From positions 24,428,001 to 24,492,000 of the forward strand of contig NC_086380.1 of NCBI RefSeq assembly GCF_036588685.1: a stretch of 64,000 nucleotides of DNA, in the 5' to 3' direction. This document shows, in pieces, positions 1-12,629 of this stretch (position 1 is the first letter of the stretch; each line of letters starts with the position of its first letter). The notes beneath the pieces are model-generated. The model worked only from the letters and a program-made list of their open reading frames with translations. It made no database searches and had not been told where the DNA came from. Origin of the DNA: Mytilus trossulus. Lineage: Eukaryota. The translations under genes and the position numbers were made by a program.

Positions 1-1240
1 AGGAGAATAACAACTTCTCTTTCTATGAAAAACACTATCTTCAGATAGACGGTACTAGTATGAGCACAACAATGGCCCCGTCATTTGCAAACATATTTAT
101 GGGCAAACTTGAAAAACGCATCTTGGCTAGTGTTTCATTCTAGCCCTTATTATGGTTCCGATGCATTGACGAAATTGATTTCAAATGGATAGATTCACAA
201 GAACATCTTAATGGATGAACACTGTATCTCTTTTCACCATTGAAAAAATTTACATATGAATCATCTATGGAGAAAATAAATTTCCTTCGATACTACGAGT
301 TACATCAAGAACGGAGCCATTATAACGGACCTTCATACCAAACAAACGGACAAACATCAATCCCTTTCTCCTAAAAGTTGCCATCCTAAACATTGCTCCC
401 ATGGTATCCCATTCAGCCAGGCATTGCGAATCAAGAGAATATGCTCTACTGAAAATACGGAAAATGCTAGACTAAGACAACTACGTAAACATCTAGTTGT
501 TCGAGGATACAATAACAACCTCATCGATAGTGCTTTTGAAAGAGCAAACGGAACTAGTCGCCAAGAACTTCTAAAGATAAGAATACAGCAGATAACAGAA
601 CACCCCTTGTACTCACTAACCATCCTGATTTAAAAAATGTGTCATCCATTGTTTAGAAGCATTGTAAAATTATAGAAAATGATATAAATCTAAAAAAAGG
701 ATTTTCATCACTACCTGTCATGGCCTTCAGAAGACCTAAACACATCCGTGACAAATTAATGACATCTGTATTAGCAAAGCAGCCTACTCCATCTCCCAGT
801 TGCTACAAACAATGTGGTCGAAGGAATTGTTTGTGTTGTAAAGCTGCCAATACAAGCAGTTCTTTCATCAGCTCCGTTACTAATCAAAACTATACCATCT
901 ACTCAAATTCCAACTGTAAAACGGAGAACTCAATTTAGATATTAACATGTGACACTTGTGGCATTCAGTATGTGGGAGAAACAATGGAGAAATTCAATAT
1001 TCGGCTCAATAACCATCGTTCATCGTACACAACCAACAAAAACTGTCCTCTCACAAGACATCTTCGTTCAACGAAACATCCTTTTGATAATGTTACTTCC
1101 AAATCATAGAAGTCAACACCGAGTGGGACACCACGGCGAGAAGGAGAAGAGAACACTTTTGGATCCACCAACTCCACACTTTAGAACCTGATGGTCTTAA
1201 CGAAAAAGACGAGAAAAGATACAGGAAAGATAAAGAATAA
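1..1240 (+). mobile_element. Degraded Penelope-like retroelement (RT C-terminal half, thumb, Cys linker, C-terminal GIY-YIG endonuclease)
   Basis: Manual translation across stops and frameshifts gives [26 protein letters not shown] (RT motif), TDKHQ..SCHPKHC..GIPFSQALRIKRICS (thumb), CGRRNCLCC, and ILTCDTCGIQYVGET..RLNNH..FWIHQLHTLEPDGLN (GIY-YIG). Confidence 0.9.
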
Positions 1241-1320
1241 TTTACTACAAAGCATCGTCCTTTTTATCCCATAACATTGGCTAATGGACGTTGCTAACTT
1301 CAACTACCTATTATGTTTTT

Positions 1321-1432
1321 TTCAGGGTAGCTAAATCCAAGTGCAACATGAACATCGAATTGCAAAATTTTCTTATTTTCAAGGCAGCTAAATTCAAGTG
1401 CAACATAAACATTGAGCTGCAAAAGTTTCTTA
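1321..1432 (+). repeat. Two ~57-bp tandem copies in the Penelope 3' region
   Basis: ttcagggtagctaaatccaagtgcaacatgaacatcga.. is followed by ttcaaggcagctaaattcaagtgcaacataaacattga.. Confidence 0.8.
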
Positions 1433-1464
1433 TCATCTACATCCGATTTCACCTGGATAGATGC

Positions 1465-1508
1465 ACGCTTGTAAAGCTAGTTAACGTTGGTCTAGCGAAA
1501 TATTGCGT
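1465..1508 (+). ncRNA. Putative variant minimal hammerhead ribozyme in the Penelope 3' region
   Basis: ACGC-TTGTAAA-GCTAG-loop-CTAGC-GAAA-TATT-GCGT: stem I, stem II, GAAA and palindromic AATATT; core differs from CUGANGA. Confidence 0.5.
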
Positions 1509-2834
1509 TTATTTTTATCATTTTGTAAATATTTTAAACATTCTTATATTTACATACTAAATAGTATGTTAATTTTATATGGATAGGCAATCTGTAAAAC
1601 TATTAATTTTTATAAGTTATAAGATTACAAATGTGTTCTTTTAAATGAATATTCGCATTTGTTATCGCATGCCTGCATCAAATTTTGCTAACTGGATTGA
1701 AAATCTTTACCTTATGTTCTCTGTTTTTTTTTTACAATCCCAGATGGCGAAAGACACCCATACCGCATTAAATATTTGTCGTTCGAAATTAGTTTAACGA
1801 CATTGGATCATTCAAATTGGTGTGTTTGAGCTTTTATGTTTGAAGTTGACATATGCTTAGGGACTTTCCGTAATGAAGTGTCATCGGAGTTCGGTTTTTA
1901 GTTATTTTACTTTTCAATAATTAACTAAAACTAAAAGTTTAACTAATATATTTTGGGTTAAAAAATAGGTTTTAACTAACAATAATTTCCTATTGGTATT
2001 TTTGACTAAAAAAAGGTGTAGTGTGGTTTAAGCAACTCACATTGTTTATTATTATTCCTACCTAGTTTTAGTTCATTGTAAATCGATACAAAACTAGCTG
2101 TTTACGTAATATTGAATTATAAATTGAAGTCCTTGAATCGTATAACATGTATATTCAAATACTGAATGATACAATTTGTAGTTCATTACACATAAAGATC
2201 CGACCTATTTGTTTTGTTTTCTATATGAAAAGAATCAATCGACTGTATATAACACATCAAACCGAATACCAACTAAATTCAAAAGAACATATACATGAAT
2301 TGGAACAACTGGAACAATTAATTGCGATCGGAGTAATCTAATTTTATTTATGTTAATGAACAGAATCAGTACTTTTTTTCAGGTAAGTTATATGTTAGTA
2401 CTACAGAACTGAGCAAACATGTGTGTGTGCATGATACGGAAAGTTGTATTAACAATTTTCAGAGACCCAGTTGTGACTTCCGGCTTCATGTTGGGTTCGT
2501 GGCGAAAAAAAATGTTGATTATTATACACAAAAGCTAGAATGTAAAGGAGTTTTCACTACTTTACAGTTTGAAACTTAAAAGCATGACCAAATATACTGG
2601 ACTTCTCTTGAACTGAATATTTATGTGCGTATTGTTATGCGTTTACTTTACTACATTGGCTAGATGTATAAGGGAGGGTTGAGGTCTCAAAAACATGTTT
2701 AACCCAGCCGCAATTAAGCACCTGTCCCAAGTCACGAGCCCCTTGCCTTTGTTAGTCATGTATGATTTTTATTTTTAGTTTCTTGTGTATAATTCGGAGT
2801 TTAGTATGACGTCCATTATAACTGTACTACCTGT

Positions 2835-3757
2835 AGAAAACTTATTTCAAACGGGATAGCACATCCTCATTTTTACGGAAATGTTGTTAACCGTGCCCGG
2901 AAATTTAGAAATGATCCATGTAAACTTGTTGCTCCTTTAAATAAACTTATTCTTAAAGGTTACCTATTCATTACTGCAATAAGACCATTGAATATTGTTT
3001 TTATTGGTATAAATATTGACTTTGTTATCAGTAGATTAATAGCTAACTAAATATTACTAGTATGTTATATACATAATAGATCTACAATCTGTCGATACCT
3101 GTAACTTGGCATTGCACAAGTTCATGTTTTTCTCTGGCTGTTTATGACGTCTTTACACTAAATCCATTGTATGTTGGATGTGTACGGATTGATTGCTTAG
3201 TTTTAGAGGCATGAATTTTTTATTAGTTGTTAATGGCTTTGAACTAGCTGTCAGATAACTGAGAGTACTCTCAGATCTGTTCGTTGTGTCTTTTTGTGTC
3301 GGGATGTATAAGTACCCGGCCACGGCCACTTGTATTTTTTGTCTATCTGATGATTTAAGTCTTTTTCAACTGATTTTTATAGTTCTTTCTTATGTTGTAC
3401 TATTATGCCACTGTCCCAGGTTAGGGGGAGGGTTGAGTTCCCGCTAATATGTTTAACCCCGCCACATTATTTATGTATGTACCTGACCCAAGTCAGGAGC
3501 CTGTAATTCAGTGGTTGTCGTTTGTTTATGTGTTACATATTTGTTTTTCGTTCATTTTTTTTACATATATAAGGCCGTTAGTTTTCTTGTTTGAGCTGTT
3601 TTACATTGTCTTATCGGGACCTTTTATATCTGACTATATGCGGTATGGGCTTTGCTCATTGTTGAAGGCCGTACAGTGACCTATAAATGTTAATGTTTGT
3701 GTCATTTTGGTCTTTTGTGGATAGTTGTCTCATTGGCTATCATACCATATCTTCTTG
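2835..3757 (+). mobile_element. Penelope-like (Naiad/Chlamys-type) C-terminal coding fragment followed by a high-copy non-coding repeat tail
   Basis: RKLISNGIAHPHFYGNVVNRARKF..LNKLILKGY resembles the post-RT region of this group; it runs into the repeat ending ..gttgtctcattggctatcataccatatcttctt seen many times in the window. Confidence 0.6.
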
Positions 3758-3917
3758 TCTGCCCTATGGTCGGGTTGTTGTCGCTTTGACACATTCACAA
3801 TTTTATGGCTTTATCATATATCTGATAAAGAAAAATAAACGCATTAATGCAGTATCATTTATTTCCAGAGCCTGACATCTACATTTTGTACAGAGTTAAA
3901 AACGTAAGAAATCAAGA

Positions 3918-4874
3918 ATGGCAGAATTTCAACAATTTCAACATATACTGGATAAATGTGTTCAACAAAACCACGATCCAGCAAGTGTGTACCAGAGTCG
4001 GCATACAGCCTTCACAAATGATATGATATCTGCCTTTCCTAACTCTCCAACCGCCCAGAAATACAAAATTGCATATGAAATGTTCGAGAAAGGAAAATCG
4101 ATCCTTCGTACATATACGAAAACTAAAGTTGATTTTGACGATGAATGCGATTTCCTGCAACCAGCTTTTCATAGCTATGCTTATGGAGAAATGTCTGATA
4201 CTGTCTGGTTTGGTGAATTCAGACCTCCCAAAAATGCATCTGACCTTGTAAATCAATACCTTCAACATAGACCGAATGATGTATTATCGGAATACTGTAA
4301 GACCATTTTTGCCTATCGTTCGGAAATTGATGAACAAAATGGAAGCCAATTGTCAAAATTTCAACATTTACACATAGCTATTCGTACAACGGAAGTGTTC
4401 GCTATGAAAGTAAGGGATGCCACTCCCACATCAGATATTAAACATAAAATTCTTTCTAAATTGTACAATACGTTAGGTTCGTTTTATACAATAACAGACC
4501 AGGGGTTTCGTGCAATTGATGCTTTTCAGAATGCATATGATATTGACAATAACGATTACGATTCTCTCCTTGGCATTGCGTGGTGGCAAAGGGAGGAGAA
4601 TTCAGAAAAAGCCATCAATTTGTTCCATAAGTATTTAGACGTCGCACCAGAATGTGATAAGAAGTATTATGATGCATTTTATTCACTAGCAGTTATATAT
4701 CTCATGTCTTATAAGGACATACCAAAATTCCAAGAATATTATAACAAGGCACTAAACGCCGAAAAAAAGCAGTTGCCGTTTTATCCACTTCGCGATACAC
4801 CTATGAGACAATGTGCTAAGATGATGATGGCAGTTTGTAAAAATATTTTTATGAGAAAACAGTTACATAATTAA
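3918..4874 (+). CDS. TPR-like helical repeat protein, 318 aa, single coding exon
   Basis: Intact ORF; TPR-like helices (LYNTLGSFY..AIDAFQNAYDID, AINLFHKYLDVAP, AFYSLAVIY..YYNKALNAE); splice acceptor-like tttatttccag just upstream, conserved in the paralogue at ~29970. Confidence 0.85.
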   Translation: MAEFQQFQHILDKCVQQNHDPASVYQSRHTAFTNDMISAFPNSPTAQKYKIAYEMFEKGKSILRTYTKTKVDFDDECDFLQPAFHSYAYGEMSDTVWFGEFRPPKNASDLVNQYLQHRPNDVLSEYCKTIFAYRSEIDEQNGSQLSKFQHLHIAIRTTEVFAMKVRDATPTSDIKHKILSKLYNTLGSFYTITDQGFRAIDAFQNAYDIDNNDYDSLLGIAWWQREENSEKAINLFHKYLDVAPECDKKYYDAFYSLAVIYLMSYKDIPKFQEYYNKALNAEKKQLPFYPLRDTPMRQCAKMMMAVCKNIFMRKQLHN

Positions 4875-4943
4875 ACTACAATTTTGTGTGGTTCAACAGT
4901 TAAATTAAAAATCTGTTCAATTAATTCTTATAATTGACATTAA

Positions 4944-5334
4944 GGAGGTTCGCTACTCTGTTTCAAAATAACAAGTTTTTCATAACACTAGTATATATTG
5001 ATAGGCGATTATTACAGGAGCCAAAAAGAACAACTTAAAAACATAGGTCAATATGCTTGTTTTCAAGATATAAATCATTGAAATTTTGGCGGAAAATTTT
5101 TCTCTCTTGATATTTTTTATAGCTTTATCATTGACAAGTTTAAGTGCTCTAAAACTATTACAAAATAACAAGGATTTTATAAGACCTTTACAGATGACTT
5201 ATAGTTATACATGTAAAAGATTGATAAAAGGAAAAAGGGGGGTCAATGGGCAAAGTTTTAAGGCATTCGAATGGATAAAACCACACGATTTCGTAAATCT
5301 GACAAAAATCCCAAATCATGACAAGCGAACATCC
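4944..5334. mobile_element. TTAA-flanked MITE (Kolobok-like)
   Basis: TTAA|GGAGGTTCGCT ... AGCGAACATCC|TTAA; terminal inverted repeats plus TTAA duplication. Confidence 0.8.
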
Positions 5335-5700
5335 TTAAAGCTATTTTTTTCTTTATACATTCGGACATTCAATCGTTTATTAATAGTCACAAATCTAAAA
5401 AAAAAAGACCCATTTGAATGAAGGAAAATCATATCTTTTAGTTCAATATATAAGACTGCTACACTTCTGTCTTAAGTTTGAATTGTAGTTTTGCTATAAA
5501 TTCATTTTACCTTTGATGTCAATTGCATTCGTTTCATTTATTTGTCTATAACCGTGCCGCCCACTTTGTTTCTTTTCTTTTCGTTTCTTTTATTGACCAA
5601 TAGCAAACACTATGTTATTCCTTAACGATGGAAGGCAGAAGAAATATATGGCGTATGGATCCTCCTATTTACATATATGTGAAAATAGAACTTTCAGAAC

Positions 5701-5946
5701 TTCGTCTATCGCGACGTCTGTTCTGAATGATGTGGAATTTACTACTGAATATGGAATTTGGGAAATTCGTCTGTCGCGACGTCTGTTCTGAATGAAGCTT
5801 ATGTCAGTATGTTGAAATAAAAATTCGGAAATTCGTCTATCGCGACGTCAGTTCTGAATGAAGGTTATTTCAGATGATGAAAAAGAAAAAAAATGTGGAA
5901 ATAAAAATGTTGGGAATTCGTCTGCTGCGACGTCTGTTCTAAATGA
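5701..5946 (+). repeat. Four interspaced 30-bp direct repeats (consensus TTCGTCTRTCGCGACGTCWGTTCTRAATGA)
   Basis: Copies start at 5701, 5766, 5832 and 5917. Confidence 0.9.
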
Positions 5947-6252
5947 TGTGGAAATTAGTACTGAAAATTCTTGTCTCGCCAAGATTATTTCAGATGTTCT
6001 AATGTAAAATGGTATAACATGTTATTCAAATCCGAAGTTTTTGTGTCGCCAAAATTTGAGGAGGATGAGTAAATGTGAAAAGTGTCTTATGTCAGTTGAT
6101 ATGGAATCAACAGTCAGTGTTTTTGAAAATAAGTGTGATTTTGTGTATAATGTTTATGTCACTAGAAAATGTTTCTATCTGTATATTATAGGTCTGGATT
6201 AGATATTCTGTGTGATTTTTCGTGCAACGTAGATTTAGGAAGTTTTATTGTG

Positions 6253-7139
6253 TTAATGATATAGTTTACCATATTGAAGTTGTTTGACGTCATTGGGCTC
6301 CAAGACAGTTAAAAACTTTCGATCAAATCTTGTTAAAGAAATTTGTAAATTTATGAACATGAAAAAAACATTTACAACAGCATACCATCCTGAGACTGAT
6401 GGTTTAGTGGAACGTTTTAACGGAACATTAACTGCTATGTTATCCATGTATGTTGGTGGATACCAGCGTGATTGGGAATCCTTTATTCCCTTTGTTTTGT
6501 TCGCTTACAGAACTTCGTTACACGAAAGTATACAAGAGACTCCGTTTTTCATAATGCATGGCCGTGATCCGATACTACCAGTAGAAGCAGTGATGTGTCC
6601 GCTTACTATAACGTATACCTCGAGTGACGATTACAAATCAGAAATGGTAACTAGACTGCAAGAGGCATTTACACTAGCCAAAGACAATTTACAGGCAGCG
6701 CAGCAGAAGCAAAAAGAACAATATGACTGGAAGTCTGGTGTGATTAACTATGCTATTGGTGAAAAGATATGGGTTTTTAATCCAAGTACAAAACCAGGAC
6801 TATCAACAAAACTGTTAAATAATTGGCATGGACCATATATAATTATTGATAAACTTTCAGATATGAACTATAAGATTCAAATGTGTGATTAGAAAAAATC
6901 TGAACAAACGGTACATGTTAATCGTATCTAATAATTTGTTGATCCTGATGAGAGACCCATTACAGATGAAGGAGATATTGGTTCGAACATTGATTCAATT
7001 GAAAATAATTGGCAATGCAATTGTGAAAATTGTAGATACAATGCTATCACTAAATGAGTCTAAGAGATTAGAAAAACATTATTTTGTACAGTATGAGAAT
7101 GGTGAAACCAAGTGGGTAAAAGAGAATGATATAATTTAA
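6253..7139 (+). pseudogene. Ty3/Gypsy integrase C-terminal fragment (core E motif, GPY/F module, chromodomain-like tail)
   Basis: TTAYHPETDGLVERFNGTL, FAYRTSLHESIQETPFF, WHGPYII; then stops and frameshift; tail HYFVQYENGETKWVKENDI. Confidence 0.9.
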
Positions 7140-7346
7140 GATTTTGCTATTATAAATGATTTTCATATTTCGAATGAGAATGCATAGACTTTGAATTTGT
7201 TTAAGTGTGTTATGAAAAAAATAAAATATAATAATTAAAAAAAATAAAATAAAAAAATATTGTGTAAATGTATGTATATATATATTCATGATGTATTAGT
7301 AAGAGTGTGTATGTGTGTCGGGACGCCACAGTTAATTGGGGAGGTA

Positions 7347-7838
7347 TGTCATAGGGTGAAACTTGCATCTTTATATCTTATCTCAGATCCGTATTTAATT
7401 GCCTACATTAATTTTTTAAAGTAAAGAGTGTTAAGTATTTGTAAATTTATTGCTTTAGTGAACTTCAGCAGACTGTCTGATTGACCGTTAAATTTAATGT
7501 ATGATGCAGCTGTGTTTTGACTGTAATCATTTATGATTAGAAGCCATATACTTTATGTCTCTGTTTGTTTATATTCTATTCCTATACTTGTGTGATTTAG
7601 AAATAATGACGATGTAATGTGTGAGAAAGTCGTGAAGTAGCAGGGGCCTTTGCCATGGTAAAAGTGAGTGAATGTAAAGTTTAGTGGGAGTTGAGGATAG
7701 ATAATGAGAATGAATGGATGTGTCTTTATACCAAACAATGTAAATTAATCAAAGTGTATATTTTTGAACCTGTTTATAATAAAAATGTATATCTGAACAC
7801 AGTCTTAAAAGCCAGTGCGTTATAACAGCTCCACGACA
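7347..7838 (+). mobile_element. 3' LTR of the Gypsy element
   Basis: Purine tract GGGGAGG(TA) directly before TGTCATAGGG; ends CTCCACGACA (TG..CA, imperfect inverted termini); AATAAA near 7778. No matching 5' LTR seen. Confidence 0.7.
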
Positions 7839-8319
7839 GATAGAAAGAAACAGCAGGCAATCAGCTATACAAGATCCACAAACAAGTCAGATTCACATAA
7901 ATTTTCAAACGACTTCTTTAGGATCTGAATTAATCAACTTTCAATGACCCTTTCTTTTCGATTTGTATAGATTTTGCAAAAATAGGACAATTTATGCTCC
8001 CGAAGGCATGAATGACTATTCTTTCCAATTTAAGGCAGACAACGTTTGGGTACAAAATTGCCATCAATGATTTGCTTGGAAGAGCCAACCCGTCCCGAAA
8101 ATATAATGTTATTGTTTATTCTTAAATTGAATTCCTTATTGACAGCAAAATCTACATGTTTACTAACAAATTTCAGATTTTTTTCTCTCCAGGAATCTTA
8201 AAATACACGGTTGCTAGGCACTTTCTGTTATAAATAAATAATTGCCTAGATGCTGAGTTTTGAATTTGGAAAAAAATATATAATATATTTAGAATGCGCT
8301 TTGATTAACAACTATAGCA

Positions 8320-9790
8320 TGTATAGGCCACTGTACATCATTCAACAATGAGCAAAGCTCATACCGCAAATATTTCAAAAAAGGCATCGACATGACAAGA
8401 GTAAACTAATTCAAACTAAAAAAACTAGCAGTATGATTACATGTACAAAACAATGAACGAAAAATATTCTATATAGTCAACAAACGACAAACCCTGAAAA
8501 ACAGGCTCCTGACTTTGGAAAACACATACACACAGAATGTGGTGGGGTTAAACATGCTAGCAGGATCCAAAACCTCTAGCTCACCTGGGACGTTGATGTC
8601 ACAGTACAACATAAGAACTATAAAAATCAGTTGAAAAAGGCTTAACTCATCAGATTTATACATAATAAAATACATCTTACAAAAAAATAAAGTGGACGTG
8701 GCCAGATATCACAACAACAAAAAGACACTTAGTTACTGACAGATAGTTCAAAACCTTCCTAAAAGGTATCAAATATGGTGTCAAGAAAAAAACCCAAGCA
8801 TTTTAATGGTTTCTGTGTAACGGGTAGAGATATAATAAGTTTTGTATATTGAAAGATGCGAGAGACTATAATTGTTTGCACACTAACAGTTTTTAGGTTT
8901 TTATATATTCATATCTGATCCACATCATCCTGGTATAGGTTGATTGACACTAGCTATGCAACCTGGCTTTGACTACTGATAATATAGATAGTGTTGAGAG
9001 AAGTATTTTTGATAATTTACCAAACCCAGCTATAACACGTTTTTCATGCAAAGTTGGTATCCTGTACAGCGAGGGAAGATTAAATTCTTCAAGATTTTGG
9101 ATTAAATTTCAAAAGGCAGACCTATATTTGGTTATGATTTTCTTTTTGGATAAGTTTCTTGCAATATATTGAGGTTCCAGTGGATTGTGAGTACCTTTGA
9201 TATAATTTGCTATCAAAACGATGTTGTTCAGAGTTTATTATTTGGGGACATATATATAATAAATGTATAACAACATGTTGGCTAAGGGATATAGATTTAG
9301 GAAGTAGACTCATTAAATGTGTTAATTCTAATTTATAACAAAGATCTTACAGTTTGAATCCCCTCAGAAAGAGTATCATTTTTTTTTATCACTTTTCGTC
9401 TACTAACTTTTGTTTACTCGTTGATGCCAGTATCAGAAAGACAATTGATAAAGTATCTTTTTAAAAATTCAAAATGAGAGGAGTTACAATAATTAGCTGC
9501 TTATTATCTTAACATTTTGATATTTCATTTGTTTTATAAGTTTAGGATTTTTAGTTGTGCCACGTTTTACTGCTGAATTTGCTAATTACTTCTTATTTGC
9601 TGTTTACAAGAATTTTGATAGATATTTTAGTTAAATTATTGTTGGAGTATCCTGCTTTTTAAACGTTGATGGGGCCATTTCTAAATAATATATAATTTGA
9701 AAATGTTTCATTTTATATTCTTAACATCTAACCTTTTTGTAAGATTGATTGTTGTCTTTTTGCCACTGAAAGTAAAACTCTTTTTACATT
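8320..9790 (-). mobile_element. Degraded Naiad/Chlamys-type Penelope RT fragment joined to the high-copy repeat tail
   Basis: Minus-strand translation gives LNLPSLYRIPTLHEKRVIAG and KTYYISTRYT (cf. LPxLYWIPKLHK and KTYDFSTLYT); 8320-8755 is a reverse copy of the 3230-3690 repeat. Confidence 0.65.
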
Positions 9791-10643
9791 CAAGTAGTGG
9801 TAACACAAAATACGAAAAAAAACTTTAAAGAATTATACATTGTGACTTGGACTTGTCTCACTCATTGGTACTCATACCACATTTTCCTTTTTATATAAAT
9901 ATAAGAAAAACAACGAGAACAGCCCACAAAAGTACACACAAAAATGTATATAAAAAGTATCTTGATGCAACATGTACACATGAATGTGTCTTCATTTAAA
10001 AAAAGCGTCTGCTTTTAAGTTGAAATCGATGTTTACGTTTTATGTATTTTTAAAGGCCATTGAACTGAACAAAACAGTTTTTTGATCAATAAAATGTAAT
10101 GTACAGGTATTTCGTACGTATATTTGTTGATAAGTATCGGTGTGTAGAATTTTCAAGATACACTGTGTAGCACTGGTAAGTAATTTTTGACTGGTATGTA
10201 ATTATAATCAGATTTACAATATTGTATTTTGGTTGTCACCAAGAAGGTTTAGTTAGATATTGCTACAGTTATGAACAATTATCAGTAATATTAGCCAAAT
10301 AGCTTTGCAGTCTTTGCATTATGACAAGTGCACCGGAGACATCATTCGGTATGCGATTATTTCCTAATTCTATTACGATCTTCAGTTTCTATTCTTTTGT
10401 CTTTATCGAATGTCGACCGTTCTCTCTGATAGTCCGACTTCCTCAATTGACATAAACTGGCTCCCACAAACTAACACAACAGTGCTGATATTGACGTCAA
10501 TCAATCAAACAAACATTTATTTTTAAAATCAATCAATTGATTTCTCAATCATTTTGTCTTTTAACTTAACTGATAATTTGACGTGTTTATAAACATGTAG
10601 ATCTTTTATTATTAGCTTTCCAGATGAACTTAAATCCGGAAAT

Positions 10644-10647
<4 letters not shown>

Positions 10648-10681
<34 letters not shown>

Positions 10682-10692
10682 CTATATATATA
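10648..10692. repeat. (CT)n followed by (AT)n microsatellite
   Basis: Direct observation. Confidence 0.95.
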
Positions 10693-11399
10693 CATACGAG
10701 TCTAAATTGAAAACTACCTTCAAAACTATGATTGCGTTGGATAAAATATATATATTTACTTACAGAAGTAGTTTTTTGTCACAGAATGCAAGGAAGCAGA
10801 TTAAGTTTGTATGGGCAAATAAAAGGAGACAAACCAATTAAACTTGAACCAATTATTGTAGAAATTGCTAATGCAAAACAATCTCAAGGTGAGCCTATCA
10901 ATACATCTCGTGATTTGTTAAAACATTCTCTGTATGAGGGTCTGGATGATGAGACCTTAAGCTTTATATACTAAATTATATCGGAGCACTCAATTAGCCC
11001 CTTAATTTTTTTTATATCAAAGAACCCAATAATTTTCTGTTGTTTGTGCTAAAGAACCCCATTATTCTTTATTCATTATTTTTTGGTTAAATTTTTCTGT
11101 ACATTTGGTCGATTATTGTCAACTCTGTGAAGTCCCTTCAGACTCTACTGTTAACAAACAGAATAGTCACTTACCGTTTAATTGATTTATTTCTTAGAGT
11201 TTAAACGTTCGTTCTTGTATTTTAGAATTGAATGCTTCTTTTTGTAAATTCTTTTGGGTGTGTAACGTTTACCGAAGTACATTTTGTATGAAGCACGGAA
11301 GCGCTCTATTCTAAAAATGTGCGCACAGTCAACGCTTTTACAACCCTTTGAAATTACAAAAAGAAGCATAAAGTGCAGTTTATCAATAATTTGTATGCT

Positions 11400-11617
11400 A
11401 CATTTATGGGCATTATGTTTTCTGGTCTGTGCGTCTGTTCGTCCGTTAATTGGTGTTGTCGTCTTTTCAACTTGAAACTTAGAACACATGTTTCCTATGA
11501 TTCGATCTTTCAATTCTAATGACAAATTAGAGTTTTCACCCCAATTTCACGGTCCTCTGAACATAGCAAAATATAGTGCGATTTGGGCATCCGTGTACTA
11601 TGGACTCATTCTTGTTC
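11400..11617 (+). mobile_element. Helentron-associated (HINE)-like short repeat with GTCC-type microsatellite; relatives at ~35250-35395 (+) and ~40280-40485 (-)
   Basis: Shared atgggcattatgttttctggtctgtgcgtc.. start and ..gggcatccgtgt..cattcttgtt end. Confidence 0.55.
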
Positions 11618-12206
11618 TATATACAAGCAAACACTCTTACGCATAAATTGCAAATCTGTCTTAAATTTGCAGATTAAGGCAAAGGGTTAAAACGATGGTA
11701 AACTGTTTTTGTACATTCCAAGATGGCGGTATGCAATGAATCTACATTAATAGGCTTTGTTACTGAGCTATATTAACATGTAAGAATGTTGCAGAAGTGT
11801 GGTTGAATCAAACCTCGTTTTACTCTGATGATTCCTTTGCGTATGGCGTACAAACTTATAATGCTTGTATTTTTTAATGATTTATATTACACAATGGGAC
11901 TTGACATGCTTGATTATTAAAATGACCTTGAATAACCAACAGATATATTTGGATGTCTATCAAGTTTTATGTCATACAATTGAAAAACTTGTACAATTTT
12001 TATTTCGAAAATGTCAAATATATTATTTATAAATAAAGGCTAGTATGTCTCAAAAGATTGAAGAAATATTTTCTAGTAATTTAACAAAGACAACATTTTA
12101 AAGTATCCACTTCACCAGGAGCTGGATCGTAAAACATTCAGAATTTTCCCTAAGACTCTTATGTTTATAAATCGACGTCAAATGGAAACTGCTCTGCTCT
12201 ATTGTA

Positions 12207-12629
12207 GTGGTGACATCTGATTTAGAGGACACCAAGAAAAGATAGTTGGTTGTTGGTATATGTCTGCATAGCGTTGTTACACCAGTATTGAGACACTATG
12301 TTTCAAATTCAATGAATCAGGTGTTTAATACACTGAAGCGATCTCACAAGATAGATACACAATGCTATCCAAATCATCTAAGGTGCTACCCAAAGACAGC
12401 CAATCTCAATTATGAAGCTATCAACAACAACAGAATTGTTCGTTCTGGAAAGAACAAAGATTATCAGAACTATGATTATAAAATTCAGAATTCTGTGGAA
12501 TTTTCGAAGCTGTTCCTGAACACCAACATGGCTAAATACACAGGTTTTGATGATACGTGTGATTCGTCCGCTCTATTAAACATCATCATGTGTAGTGATA
12601 CATCTGTTGTAGGTCGACTTGCTGATCAA
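12207..12629 (+). CDS. STAND gene exon 1: N-terminal HEPN-like domain; in-frame TAG at 12243-12245; GTG at the presumptive start
   Basis: VVTSDLEDTKKR*LVVGICLHS..CDSSALLNII..LADQ, ending at phase-0 donor CAA|GTAAGT. The 5' boundary is uncertain (ttgtag at 12202-12207 could be an acceptor). Confidence 0.75.

Noticed and set aside
3449-3875. Short hydrophobic ORFs in repeats (also 5086, 8469, 15001, 21350-22171, 34211, 44484, 46123, 61566)
   Set aside because: Lie within multi-copy non-coding repeats; frames are not conserved between copies.
3912-4268. Antisense and alternative-frame ORFs over real genes (also 16227, 18601, 18821, 19535, 55479, 56230)
   Set aside because: Shadows of the main coding frames with no recognisable motifs.
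5701-5946. CRISPR array
   Set aside because: Eukaryotic context, no cas genes, spacers resemble each other and vary in length; adjacent to a Gypsy remnant.
10732-10974. 80-aa ORF after the microsatellite
   Set aside because: No recognisable domain; possibly a retroelement scrap, but unsupported.
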